The position numbers and the translations under genes are program-made. The notes under the pieces are model-generated. The model was not told the DNA's origin and ran no database searches. It worked only from the letters and a program-made list of their open reading frames with translations. Below, in pieces: positions 10,918 through 23,761 of a stretch of 64,000 nucleotides of DNA (position 1 is its first letter; every line of letters starts with the position of its first letter). The stretch comes from Amphiscolops sp. MND2022 (Eukaryota). The DNA lies in NCBI GenBank assembly GCA_964187785.1, contig OZ076413.1:49850001-49914000 (forward strand). Direction: 5' to 3'.

Positions 10918-11847
10918 TTTTAGACAGAGCGAGAGAGTGATTGTTCTTTGGAAAATTTGAATTCTTCAAAGAAATATGGTTTTCAAAACGAAGTATTAAC
11001 GGAGTAGATTAGGAAACAGATTAACTTATTTTACAAATCCCTAGGTATATATACTTTCACAGCATCATTTGTTCCTCACCTAAAAATTCCTAGGAATCCT
11101 TAAAATCGGTTTTGTTCAACAAAAATGCTTAATCATCTTTATTATTTCAACCCTTTTATTAATTGTTCATGATTTAAAATTCCTAGTCACGGATCCCTTA
11201 CGGAGTACTTGTTGAAATCATTTTTGTTCATTAACATCATTTCCGGTTTGATCGCGAAAAAAGGCGGCAAAACAAATGTCTAGTTGAAACTTTATCGCGG
11301 AAAGCACGCGGGCATGAACGATGATTCACTTTACGAGCGGTAAACTTTCAGCTTGCGATAAAAGAAATGACAAGCGAAATTTGTTACGGAGATATCTCGG
11401 GCGAATTTTGGATTGATAAACTGAGATATTTGAGAAGGAACAAATGATGCTGGAAAAGTGATGAATACGAACTAAAAACCCTGATTATTGTAAATCAGAA
11501 AACAACCAACAATAATCTATCTAACTTTAAATGAATTGAGTTAGTTAACACTGACAAATGCAACAATTAAATAGCATATGCACGAAAGCAACGTTTCTAC
11601 AACGTAATTAATACACAAAATATTCTTCTACAGAATAGGAGGAAGCACCCTTTTGTAAGGATTCACTTTTATCCTAATTAACAGCACGACCTTTTTAATC
11701 GATCACTAAAACGGAGAAAATCCGGGTGGAAAAAGTAAAACCTTATGATAATTTAAATATCTCGGAATAATTCTACATGACCTCAGGAACATCCTAATGT
11801 ATTTGAATAGCTTCTGTGTTTTAGAATTTTCCACGCTTGTCTTACAT

Positions 11848-11992
11848 GTATTAACATTAGGTATAACTTCACCTATTACAATTCACTCCGTAAACGCTCC
11901 GTAAATGCTCCCTACGTATTAAGATTAGGTATAGCTTCTTCGCATTACAATTTGCTCCGTAAGCGCTCCGTACGTATTAAGATTAGGTATAG
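11848..11992. repeat. Imperfect ~60-68 bp tandem repeat in the retroelement leader/LTR region
   Basis: GTATTAA(C/G)ATTAGGTATA at 11848, 11916 and 11974, with CTCCGTAA sub-repeats. Confidence 0.8.
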
Positions 11993-14110
11993 TTGAGCAG
12001 TGCTTGCTTGTGGAGACAGAGCGGACAGCGTTAACAAATTCATTCTTATTCTCTCGCTCAATTGGCGTTGCTATGGTAACTAGGGATGGTGAAAGACGAC
12101 GCTATTGGTCCGTAAAAATAGAAACATCTACTTTTCAATCAAGCTTAGTGACGCTGCCATTACGTTGTAAATATTCTCTTAAGTTGTTTAACTGCATTCT
12201 TAAGTGGATATTCACAACTAATCAATCATTGGAAAACAATTCCACTATTCTCTTTGTATGTTCTTTCATTTTAGATTGTATGCGTTCCGTTGGGATCACG
12301 GAATTAAATATTGTTTTAGTGTTTTCATTTTAGTGTGGAGAAAAGAAAAATTGATCCCAGTGTTAAGGATGTTTCCTTTTTAATATTTAGATTGGCATGG
12401 AATTTTCATCAGTCGAAACCGGAAGTGATGAAACGATTGCATGTGAAATCATTAAACCGGAAATTTTCTTTTTGTCTAAATCATTTTTGAATAATTTACG
12501 TTGCGCTTCCGTTAAACTTAATTCGTGCTGCTGTTTGGATAAAAGGTAAGGCATTAAATAGAGTTTACTTAATGTTGTGTAGCTCTGCCGTGTCCTTTTC
12601 CTCGCGTGAATTGCGGTATTCCTCCACAGCAAGTGAAATCCCGACCGGGAGCGGGTCGTGACAGGTGCTTATAAATTTATTTTTGCAGTAGTAATTTCCA
12701 TATCCAAGTTTTTTTCTGAGGCCTAATTTCTCCTCAAAATGAGTTCACACACTTATTTTAGTCGGCGCTTTTCGATAAAGTATTTAACGTGCCCGTAACA
12801 CAACAGTGACTCGATTTTTTTGTCAGTCTCTCTGAATGGTCAACGTTTTGTGCACGGTGTATTTGTACCATAAACACTTTTTGTGGCACAGATTTTTTAT
12901 TTTCCGCCCATATTTCATATGGGAAAGGAAAATATTTAAATCAAACGGGTTTTTTTTTTTAACAAAATTTGCCAAGATTTTATTTATATTTAAATTTAAG
13001 GGTGTTACCCATAGAATTCAACCCACATAAATTTAGCTTCGTGCGATATGTATTTGTAGAGATTTTTGAAGTTTTTTTAAAAAATGACGAAAATGACGAA
13101 AATGACCCCTTAATGACAAAATGACCCCTTAATGACAAAATGACCCCGAAAATGACAAAAATTCCCAAATTTCTCATTTTTAAACATTTTTATGCAATTT
13201 TTGCCATTTTTTGAGACACCGCGAATTAGAAAAATGGACAAGATGAATCGAAGCTTTCTTTTCTTCGAACTTCTCAGCGTTTTTATAGTGCATTAGTTAT
13301 TCTTGAGCCTCAAATTTATGTAGTTGTAGAACAGTTCGGGGCGGAAAATATCCCGCTCCTCAGCGGGCGTCTTGTTAGAAAATTTTATTGCACCAAAGGG
13401 TAACCTTCCTCAGTTTTTTACTGTTTCAAGTACTTGCACTTAGTTTATTTTTTTTCGGGTACGCTTTTTGCTTTTTAGCCCAAAACCGGTCAGGTAAAAT
13501 CTGAGTTTTGACTGTTGATAACAACTCGTGAATATTTCAAACACTGCACTTTTTGAACCTTGAGCGGGGCGTCAACTTGGGCCGCTCCCTAGGTTTTTGT
13601 CGGAAGTATATCATGAAAAACCTAGACGGTTCATTTCTTTTTTCTTTCATTTGTATATCATCAAATTTCATGTACCTCAGGAACCAATTCAAACAAGGAA
13701 AAAAAATCAAGGTTTGAAGAGCTATCATGGTCAGAGACTACGTTAAACCAGAAACGAAATCTTAAACTTTCCACTATTGAATGAGCAATTTAAAATACGC
13801 CCGTTGAGCACGGAAATTTTTCCGTCTTCGAATATTTTAGCAACGACATAATCCTAAGACTCGCTCATTGTCAATAAAGTACAAAGTTTGCAAAATAGTA
13901 GCCGGAAAGCAATGGAAAATTTTAGTTCATTGTTTCTTTTCGGCATTCCCCTAATTCTTTATGAAAGAGTAGGCTACGTCACTGTAATAGTAGACTTAGA
14001 CCTTTCCCAGCTTGTCTAACAAATTTTCCACTCGATTTGGAGAATTTCCAGCTATTTTTAGTCGGCGCTTTTAGAATAAAAGAACCCGACGATTACAGTC
14101 ACTCGTTCTT

Positions 14111-14442
14111 AGTCGGCGCCTTTCTTAAGAAAAGAGTCGATTAGAGTCATGGCTTTTCGTCAGTGTTTTTTTTTCGGTACACCTGAAGTGACCAAAATAG
14201 TTCTATTAAAAGTTATACAAAATTTTAAATAGTACCTGTTGGCCCAGGGAACTGAATCGAAAAAGGTTTTTCCTTCTCTTCCGCGTAACATAAAATACCG
14301 GGCGAGACTAAACGGTCCCCCCTTGGAGTTTTTTCGGCATTGAGACTTAAAAAATTTCCCCAAGGGGTCCTCAATCCACCAATACCTTGAAGTCCTTTTG
14401 CTATTTTTGAGCCTTAGATATGGCGCCGACTTGGTCCCGGCT
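14111..14442 (+). mobile_element. Non-autonomous Helentron/DINE-like element, family A
   Basis: Starts TT-AGTCGGCGC and ends GGCGCCGACT plus a truncated hairpin and T run; interior is homologous to the copies at 18044 and 21962. Confidence 0.6.
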
Positions 14443-16285
14443 TTTTTCTTTCGACAAAATTTTTGTTCAACTAAACCTGGAAAACACGCATCTAAGTTAT
14501 TGCAAAGGTTTCCTTTCATTTTTGACTTTTAAACGTAACCTACAAAACCGGACTAGACTAAAGGGTCCCCTTTCGATTTTTTTTGGTACTGTGACTCTCG
14601 AAACTTTAATAACTCCAAAGAGCCCTTCATTTTTGATATTTTGCAGCAGAATAGATATTTAAAATTTGTTTCCCGTTTCAAATTTTTAGGCACTGAGACT
14701 TCAAATTTCCCATTTTTCGTCGGATATTGGGTTTTTTCAATATATATCCACTATTTTTGACTTAATATCCAGAATTTTTGACTTAATAAATCAGAATTTT
14801 TGACTTAGAATCCGAACTACATTGCGTTTATCAAAAAGGAGGCGGTGGTTGAAAAACAAACGCTCCCGTTTGTTCCAGCACGCTATATCCGGACTTCTGA
14901 AGCGTTTTCCGAGCACGAAAGGCGCCTTTTCGGTGTTTTGGGACTTTTTGAGATCTTCATAACGTCTGAGCATATTTCAAAAACTTCTTGAGGCTTAGGT
15001 ATAGCACCGACTTGAGACGTTCCTGTCTTCTTATCGATGCTTAAAACTGCTGGTAAAGGTCATTCATGCTTGTTTCACTCAGATTTCAATAGAACTTCAA
15101 TCCGGAATTTCAGAGAAAGGATGCTATTTGAAAACGTCGAACAAAGACTCGTAAGACCTTTGCACGTAGCTCCGTGAAGAATCAAAGCCTAGAAGCAGGC
15201 AGCGCGAGACATTGATTCACTCTCTACTGCTCTTGGTTTTCCTTACAAGGCGTACTAAATAAATACGAAGTATGAATTCATGATATCCATGTTCAGGTGA
15301 AAACGTTCGAGCAAATCTCATTGAAGCTTCCATTCAAGTAAACCTCAGCACCAGGAACTCCTCCGCTTATACTCTATTTGTAACCTTTTGCATTCATGTG
15401 TAATTTTCATTCAGTCGATGATTTCAATGAACATCATTATAACTTACAATATTTCAAGTTTGGATACATGTATGGGTTCGAGAAGTCAACCATTCGTAGC
15501 AAATTATTCAGTATTTGGTCAGTTCGTTTCAGTTGGATTGCTTCTTCCAGGTTTATTTCTGTTTGCCAAGAGAGTAAAAGAGCGAGCGAGGTAAGTTGAA
15601 GCCATACTTTGAGAAGTATTAACCTCAAAACGTCGGTAACCTCAAGTAAATTTTGAGTGGGGCTTCAAAAAAATTCAATAAAGTTCCTGAGAACTGAATC
15701 GGAAACCAATTTTAACTCATCAAACAACCTTCAATGCCAGGATATCCCAAAGGAGCTGAGTATTTGAAACACATACAATCATTACGGGAATTCTAGAAAT
15801 AGCGAGAAATACCAATTAACCGGAATATATTATATTGGTTTTGCGAAATGGGGGTTTCAGGTGCATACGAATTAAACGAAGATCCGAATTATCCGGATAT
15901 GAATTAGCTGGAGTTGACTGTAATTCTTTGAATTTTTAGTCAACAGTTTTTCAATGACTTCTAAAAATCACTCCTTTCAACCAGAGACTGGAATGGAACC
16001 CCGCGAAACACAAGTACAATTGTTCTAGTATAAAAGAACACCTGTCCTATCACGAACCACGACAGTTTTTCATTGTGTCTCACATTTTGTATCACATTTC
16101 AATGAGTCATTCTGTGGCTACAAAAGGATCTGCATTTTTCTGTTGAATCAAATGCCAAAGAATCATGTAAATATATACTTTCTAATAAAGGTTTGAGGTT
16201 GCACAATTGATCAAAGTGTAATTTTCATTCTATAAAATATTTTATGGTGCAGTTTGAGTAGATTCAGACTTAATTGATTATAGAT

Positions 16286-19200
16286 TCAACTGGTTCTACA
16301 CGTTTCGGGCATTGTGTCATCGTCATTGCTATGATTATCTTCATCATCACTGGAATTGGCGGAAGTCGATGTAAACCTAGCACCGGTCATTGAGGCAAAA
16401 CTGAAGAAAGTTTCTATCGGGTCCTGATTCAGTCTCTTCTGATTCGAAGAAGCAACCGAGCTTAAATTGCTCCTCAGATGGGGGTTTTCCACATTGGGTC
16501 GGCCCGGAGACCACAGTTTGATCGAGTCATCAATACCGGATGTGGCGAGGAGACAAGTCTGAGGGTTGGGTTGTAAACAGTTCACTATGCTTGCATCACC
16601 TACCATTACTCTGAGCAAATTAGTTGTGGATTTATCCCATATGAAGAAAGAGCCATCGTCTGATCCTGCCACGATATATTGGCCGTCATTAGCACCGAAA
16701 AAGTTGGCCTCCTTGATATCAGTGGCTGCATTACAGTGTCCACAGTACCTGCTCTTGAAGTCTATGGCTTTGTACTGGTACCCGAACTCTTGTTGTGTCA
16801 GGTTCTGATTGGCTATGAAATGCGGCGAATCAGGAGGCGAGGAAATGTCATCATCGTTTACGAACAATGTTGAGGTTGAAGAACTTGAGTTTGATTTCGA
16901 AGATTTCTCAGTCATGCTCTTAAGCTGTTCATGCTGTTGAATAAACTGACTATCGTCTCGAATCGACTCTAAGTACTGATATAAAAGAAGGGACCAAGAA
17001 TACGCTTCGTCTAGCCATTCGAACTCCAGCAGACATTTTATCAGCCGAAGATGCGCTTTAGTATAAGTTGGGTCAATCTGAATCGCAGACCTGAGGTCCA
17101 ATATAGCAGCGTATACATCCCCTGACCATTTTCGTTTCATAAGAGCGAGAGCCCGGTTTGCCAAGATGATGTGCGAATTATAACTAGTCAACTGGATCAA
17201 ACGACTGTAACATGCGATGGCCTCCATGAAGCGATCTTCGTGAAAATATGCATTTGCTTTTTCTTTCAAAGCCAGCCATTCGGCTTGAATTCTCAGGGAA
17301 TACTTCTTGCTGTTATTTTTATTTACAGTTTGGAGGGATTGAGCCATGTTAGTGTCTTGTGTGTCATCCCCTGTCGAAGTGTTTGACCTGGATTCGTTTC
17401 GACTTAAACTTTTGACGAACTCGTACCTGGTTTGAGGCAAAGAGTATCTGAAGGAGTGTTTGTAATCTTCCAGATCAAACAAATAGATCTGTTCGCTGCC
17501 CAAATTGACGAGAAGTTCGGTGCCTGTTTTGTTGAATGTCACGAATGTTGAGTTGATAGATCTGAACATGTTAATGCCCATTCTGCCTTTGGTCAAGCCC
17601 TGATTTTCACCTTTGTGTTGGGAGATGTGGCCAGGTACGCAATATATCGCAGCAGGTTCGTTAGCCCTGAAATTAAAAGTTATTGATTCTAGTCGTATTT
17701 CGATTGCAGCGAAAGCGGACACCATTTTAAGCCGACAGTTCAAGTTGGGGAGTGGCTAATTCCGATTTTGGACATAGCTATGCGTCAAGAGTTAAGGAAC
17801 ATCTAGCTGCGAAAAAAAAAGAAAGCTACGCAGACACAATCGCATACATCTAAAGTAAGAACCATCTAAAGTAAGAAAGCTACTTCGATCTAAAGTAAAT
17901 TTTGATCAGATCCGAAGTTTAACCCTTCGCATTAGAGAATGCAGATCGAAAATAGATTCTAACAATCTTGTTGATTCTGCCATTGGCGACATCATCGAAG
18001 AAAAAAGACTGTTTAGATCATTCTTTGGCCCCATTAGATTTTTAGTCGGCGCTTTTCTTGAGAAAAGAGTCGACTATAGTCATGGCTTTTCGTCAGTGTT
18101 TTTTTCGATACACATGAAATAACCAATATAGTTCTACCAAAAGTTCTACAAAATTTTAAATTGCACCTGTTGGCCCAGGGAACTGAACCAAAAAGGTTTT
18201 TCCTTTTTTTCCGCGTAACATACATTACTGGGCGAGACTAAAGGGCCCCCTTTGTTTTTTTCGGCATTGTGCGACTTTTCGATTTTTTTTCCACCAAAGG
18301 GCCCTCTTCATTTTTTTGGAGTTTTGCGACAGAATGGATGTTGAAAAATCCCAAAGAGTCCTCCCATTCAGTTTTCGGCATTGTGAGACTTTTTGGATTT
18401 TTTTTCATAAAAGGGTCCCCAATTCACCATAACTTGACATTTTGAAGCCCTTTTGCTATTTTTGAGCCTTAGATATGGCGCCGACTTGGGCCGGTCCCGG
18501 CTTGCTTAAAGTTGTAGATGCACGGTGTATCTGCCAGGGAAGATGTACATTTTTGAAAAGAGTGCCGCACATCAAATGAAGTAACCACAAGCGTCCGAAA
18601 ACAATTCGAGAATTAATTTGGGTTACAACCCAATCAGGAAGGGGAATTCTTTGGCAAAACCCAAATCACGAAATTTTTGGTACCCATCTGTAAAAAGATT
18701 CAGGGCAGATGTCGATCCCGTACATAGCTTTTGGTTTATTACTTTCTCTATTTTGTTCAACTCTTGGCATATTGACTCCTAAAACCCGACAGTATGATTT
18801 TTTACACACTTAAATTAATTCCATTTCAAGTTGATTTGATCTTGGAATTTTTCTGAAATTTTGAGTCTGACGTACTTTTTCGCGAGTATAAAAAATCAAT
18901 TTCCTCAATGTCAAAATGGTTCTCCTTCGAAAGTGTCTCGTTATTGAGCCTGCTTTCTATCCTAATTCAAAATCGCTTCAAGGATATTGAAACATATCAG
19001 GGGCTTCAGAGAACTCATAGTCGAAACAATTTGAAATTTTTCAAAATTCTTAGCAAAGGCCAAAATGAGAAAAACCTCGATATGTATATCGGCAAATCTC
19101 AAAATCGATTATCTCAGAAATATATATAATAACTCTCCAAAGCTCGTAAATTATGTTGAAATGTTAGAATTCAAGATTAACAAGATGGGAAATGCCTAAC

Positions 19201-20952
19201 GTCGGCGCCCGCTTAAGGCGTAAAAAGCGCAAAGTTTTTAAATTATGCTCAGTGCTTCAAGAAAATACCCAAAAGGAGTTTTCCGTGCTCGGAAAACGTT
19301 TTTCTCTAACTGAAAACATCAAAAAATATATTTACGCTTTTGAAACGTAATGCCCCAACTGAAAACATGAAAAAATTGAAGGGGGTGAAGGGGGCCCTTT
19401 GGTGAACAATGAAAAATTCGAAGTTGCAGAGCCGGAAAAACCATTCCAGCGGATCCTTTGGTACCAAAGAGTTTCGAGGTTACGATATATGGTTTGATAA
19501 ACTCTAAGGATACTCTAGAATTTAGGTGTAAAGTCTGTAAAAATTTGACCACTCAGTGCGAAGTCTGTGGTCTGACGGAAAAAAACATGCCACTGTAAGA
19601 GTCGGGCACTTCTTGTTACAAAAAAACGCCGACTAAAAACAATTGAAAACTACATAAAAGAACAAATATTCAGCAAACAGATTACTCCTATCTTAATTAG
19701 CTGTGCTTTTTTGCAGCAACAGAATTTTGATCAACTTATGCAGTCTTTTTTGGCATGAATGCGACGAAAACACCATCAAGAGCGGCTGAAAAATTTTATA
19801 CAGTGTAGATTTATTCAGTTGGCAAGCATGCGTACCTACAAGCACCGAAGGTGAACAAGAAGTTTTCACTGCAGAGTCTGAGCTTCCGAATGTCGAACAG
19901 TCTCACAAATTGGTCGCTGCTGCCAACTGCGATATAAGGATTGGTGGGGCAGATGTCTAAACATTTAGCCTCAGCCAACTGGTTGCCATTGCTAATGTTT
20001 TCACCATTCAGGTTGATACAAATATTATTGCAAAGTGACGTAGCACCACACGTGTGAGCCTCTCTGAGGTCAATGACCCGTACTGTGCCGTCCTCGCCTG
20101 CACTCCACAGCAGCGAGGGAGCAACGGGACTTGTGCATAACCTCTTAACTCGGAATCTGGCATCAAGGGTGCTCAAAAACATCGCGGAAAAAGTAATACT
20201 ACTTCCCAAGAAATAATACTACTTACATACAGCAAAACTTGTCTTCTGTGCAGAAGAAATGCTCATTTCAAAAATCCATCCAATAGTTTCTTAAAATTTC
20301 ATGAGAATCTACTTTTGGGATTACTATGAAAATAACAGGCCCTGTGAAAATAACAATGCCGAAATTTCCGCTATTTCGATCATAGAAGAGTCTTTTCTGT
20401 TTGAAAAATTTCCCCGCGAAAAATTTTTCAAACAGAAAAGACTCTTCTATAATCGAAATAGCGGGAATTTCGGCATTGCGTATCCCAAATAGTTCGAACA
20501 GTTCCCAAATTGCTTCGTTGATTTTTTTGATGTGATTATTTCGAACACCCTTGCCTGTGACACCCAAAAACATTGAGGGTCTCCCCGACCTCAATATTGT
20601 GCACCCTCACTTGTCCGTCAGCTGCTGCGCTCGCAATAAGTTGGTTGTTTGTGTTTTCTATGAACTTGACAGAGAAAATATTGGAGCGATGACCCGTGTT
20701 GAGACATTTGACCTCTTTATGGGTCATAGGGTTCCACAGTCGTACAGTGAGGTCATCGGATCCAGAGGCAAGAAGCATGCCGTTGGACGCCCATTCGAGA
20801 CAGTTGACACAGCCTTTGTGTGCCACCAGTTCGGCTTCCTGAGACAGTCTGCTGATGAATGAGTCATTGAGGTACAACTTGTTTCTCACCTCTCGACTTG
20901 ATTCAGAACTCAGCCGTGCCCTCTTGGCAAGCACTCTTGGAACATTGTCCAT
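16286..20952 (-). CDS. WDTC1: WD and tetratricopeptide repeats protein 1 (DCAF9/adipose orthologue), ~699 aa
   Basis: Exons 20952-20555, 20156-19836 and 17666-16286 join in frame (2100 nt). N-terminal WD40s (HKGCVNCLEW..LLASGSDD, GHRSNIFSVKF, RVKRL..LWSAGEDG), central TPRs (NRALALMKRKWSGDVYAA), C-terminal YCGHCNAATDIKEANFFG..GSDDGSFFIWD. Confidence 0.92.
18044..18503 (+). mobile_element. Non-autonomous Helentron/DINE-like element, family A (in WDTC1 intron 2)
   Basis: T-run-AGTCGGCGC with an adjacent partial inverted copy at the 5' end; GCGCCGACT followed by a GCCGG-TC-CCGGC hairpin and TT at the 3' end. Confidence 0.7.
20354..20478. repeat. Near-perfect 125-bp palindrome in WDTC1 intron 1
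   Basis: CAATGCCGAAAT..TTTGAAAAATTT / AAATTTTTCAAA..ATTTCGGCATTG arms with few mismatches. Confidence 0.9.
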
Positions 20953-21961
20953 TTTGTGTTAGCACCAATTCATAGCGCCCTGAAAGGAATGAAACATGAA
21001 GTCCTTGCACAAAAATTTGTCAAAGTTTCAACATACTAGTGCATTCATAAATTCGAGTCATTTCACCAAGGAAAGCTCATTGTTTGAAGAAATGGTGAAA
21101 CTTTCTCAACCTCACACTGAGAAGTCCACTTTTATGTAGTAAAAAGTACCAGATAGTTCACAGTAGATTTATTCAGGACTGGTAAACTCTACTACTCCCT
21201 ATACAACACGACGGAAACATTTGTGACGGTTAAAGCGGGGCGACGTTATAGCTGGTAATGTCTTTTTGGGGTGTGACGTGCTAGGTGATAGCATATTCGG
21301 TTACAATAATTGTCGGCACTGTCTGATTTCTTACGCAAACAATGACAAAACAGTCAAATATAATTTTTGGATGAAGCAAACATTCAGAATTTTAAAGGCT
21401 CCAACAACTGACGATTTTTGGGCGCTATTGAGATTTCATAAAAAGACTTTTTTGATAGAAACTATAAAAAGACGCATTTTTGAACATTAGGCAGATCGCC
21501 GACTCGGCCGTTGCCGACTTAGGTCCACGGAGTATACGCAATTTGGAAGAACAAGGATCTGCCTGCAGTTGAACAATTTTTGAATCAAAACTAAAATCAA
21601 AAGGTAAAAAGTGGACCTTTTAGTGAGATGTGTGGTCTGAAAAAAGGTCACTGTAAGAGTCAGGCATTTTTGTTTCACAAAAAGCGCCGACTAAAAATCG
21701 AAGCGGGTTTCAGTACCTAAAAGAGATGAAACTGTGTTCTGAAGCCAAACATTGCAGCGGATTTGCCTAAATTCTCAGTGGTTTCTGAATATTCAGAAGA
21801 AATATTTTCGTCCGAAACTTTCAATATCAAGAGTGCAGACCATTTTTCCCACTGTTGATTTATCTCATTTGGCTGATGTATTCATTTCGCTAGCTGCTAC
21901 GAGTTAGATAAATAAAACGCGACAATCGTGCAGTATTATCCAAAAATAGATGTCAGTCATT

Positions 21962-22481
21962 AGTCGGCGCTTCGTGAAGTGAAACGCGACTATTATATTA
22001 TAGTGGCTTTTCTTTTTTTTTTCAACCCACACGAACTGACCAAAATAGTTCTTAAAAGTTCTACAAAACATTATTGCATTAAATTGCACCATTTGGCCTA
22101 GCGAACTGAACCAAAAAGTTTTTCCTGTTTTCCCGCGTAACATACCATACCGGGCGAGACCCTTTCAACTTTTTTCGACACTGCAGACTTTTTCGGAATT
22201 TTTTTCTCTAAAGGTCCCCCTTCAATTTTTTGCTGTTTTGCGACAGAATAGATGTTGAAAAATCCCAAAGGGTCCCACCTTTCAGTTTTTCGGCATTGTG
22301 AGACTTTTTTTCTAAAATGTTTTTCTCTTTAGCGCGCCAGGGGCTCGCGCTAGCGGGCCCCGGCGCGCCACTCGGTCCATGTATTTTTGGCTTTTCGAGT
22401 ACTGTAAATTGACACTTGAAAGTCCTTTTGCTATTTTTGAGCCTTGGATATGGCGCCGACTTGGGCCGGTCCCGGCTTGTT
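21962..22481 (+). mobile_element. Non-autonomous Helentron/DINE-like element, family A
   Basis: Same AGTCGGCGC / GCGCCGACT subterminal inverted repeats and 3' GCCGGTCCCGGC hairpin. Confidence 0.7.
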
Positions 22482-22609
22482 TCAATAATATTCCAGCTCA
22501 CGGAGAAAAATCAAAAAACTTCACAAATCAGCATATTTTTAATTAGTCAAAAAATAGAATCTTAAAATTTTGTGATTTTGATCGAAGTCAAAAGACCATT
22601 TTTGAAAAT

Positions 22610-23198
22610 AGGCCTCCGGGGCACACTACCATTTCTGCTTTAATCTTTCATTAATAATAGAATCATATCTGGAATACCAATACACTCCTGTTTAATCATT
22701 ATTTAGCGCACAATTAAGCACTGTACCAGTTTATACCGCCTTTAAATCTGTTGTTAAAAAAAAATATGTACATGTAAATATCATCAAGTATTTCTTTCTA
22801 GAAACAATTTCTGACTAGAATCAATTCAGTCTTTTAGTAGTAATAGTAGTAAATCTCGGACTAAAGCAAATTTATATTTGAATGCAGGCGAAGCTCTCCG
22901 CGAAAGTATAATTAACACTAATTCGCTTCATCTCAATAACTCGGCGCAACGAAAGCACAATTACGAACATTCGCTCGCTTCATCTCAATGACGTCAGCTT
23001 ACGAATGCATAATTACCACTCGCTCGTTCCATCGCACGAGAATTGAATTGTCGTCGGCAGCTTGAAAAATTTAATTCTTACGCTTATAGTCACTGCCGAA
23101 CAAAATATCTAAATTATTCAGTATCGTGCCAAGAATTGTACTGAAAAAAAGTAGACATTTTGAGATTTCAATAATATTCCTGCTAAAGCAGAAATAAT
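22610..23198 (-). mobile_element. Non-autonomous Helentron/DINE-like element, family B
   Basis: Homologous to 50996-51469; ATTTCTGCTTTA / TAAAGCAGAAAT subterminal inverted repeats, terminal GC hairpin, A/T runs on both flanks. Confidence 0.75.
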
Positions 23199-23761
23199 AA
23201 AAACAGAGAATTCGATTGTCGGGCATAATTGATATAGATCAAAATTTATGATACACGAGTTCGAATGAACACTTTATAGCAAAGGATGAATTATTCTAGA
23301 GACCTTGTGACTTTGGTACAATTGACTTGATAAAAAGCAGACGAAGGACCATTTCACTAGTTTTCAAAGACCACTTCGATTGTTTTCAACAACTACAAAT
23401 CTACTCAAACACCCAATTACGCTACAAATCAACAGTCTTCCTGCAACGATTCCTTCGATTTGTCTACATATTTCTAAGGTATCTTGAAAACTCAAAAACG
23501 AGTAAATTCGAAAACAATTTGAATCAAACGATCAGTCTAGAACAAACTATTCAACTATGCCATATTAAATGGAAAACTTCACAGTTTTATGGAAACACAG
23601 AAAAAACAAGGGCAAAATTGAGTCTCCTTTTCTTCGCCACTATTCTTGGAGAACCCACATTTGTCAGACGTGCTAGCTCTTAGCAGAAAGCACCTGGAAA
23701 CATTCTCTCGTGACGTGAATCATACCATTGAACTTTAGAAGTCATTCGCCACGTTAATCCC

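Larger units (their letters stand above)
1..12663 (-). mobile_element. Large Ty3/gypsy LTR retrotransposon (gag-pol on minus strand), apparently continuing beyond the left edge of the window
   Basis: gag and pol in PR-RT-RH-IN order. The 5' end is tentatively placed at 12663, where the minus strand reads TGTCACGACCCG (LTR-like TG start). No PPT or 3' LTR follows the pol stop. The second LTR is not in the window, so boundaries are unverified. Confidence 0.75.

Noticed and set aside
4329..10960. Many plus-strand ORFs over gag-pol
   Set aside because: Antisense shadows of the long ORFs, with no motifs of their own.
12148..12160. Primer binding site TGGCAGCG on the minus strand
   Set aside because: Short match, not preceded by a CA LTR end, and cannot be verified without the second LTR.
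15415..15596. Possible plus-strand exon (TTCAG ... GAG|GTAAGT)
   Set aside because: No recognisable protein and no partner exons could be linked.
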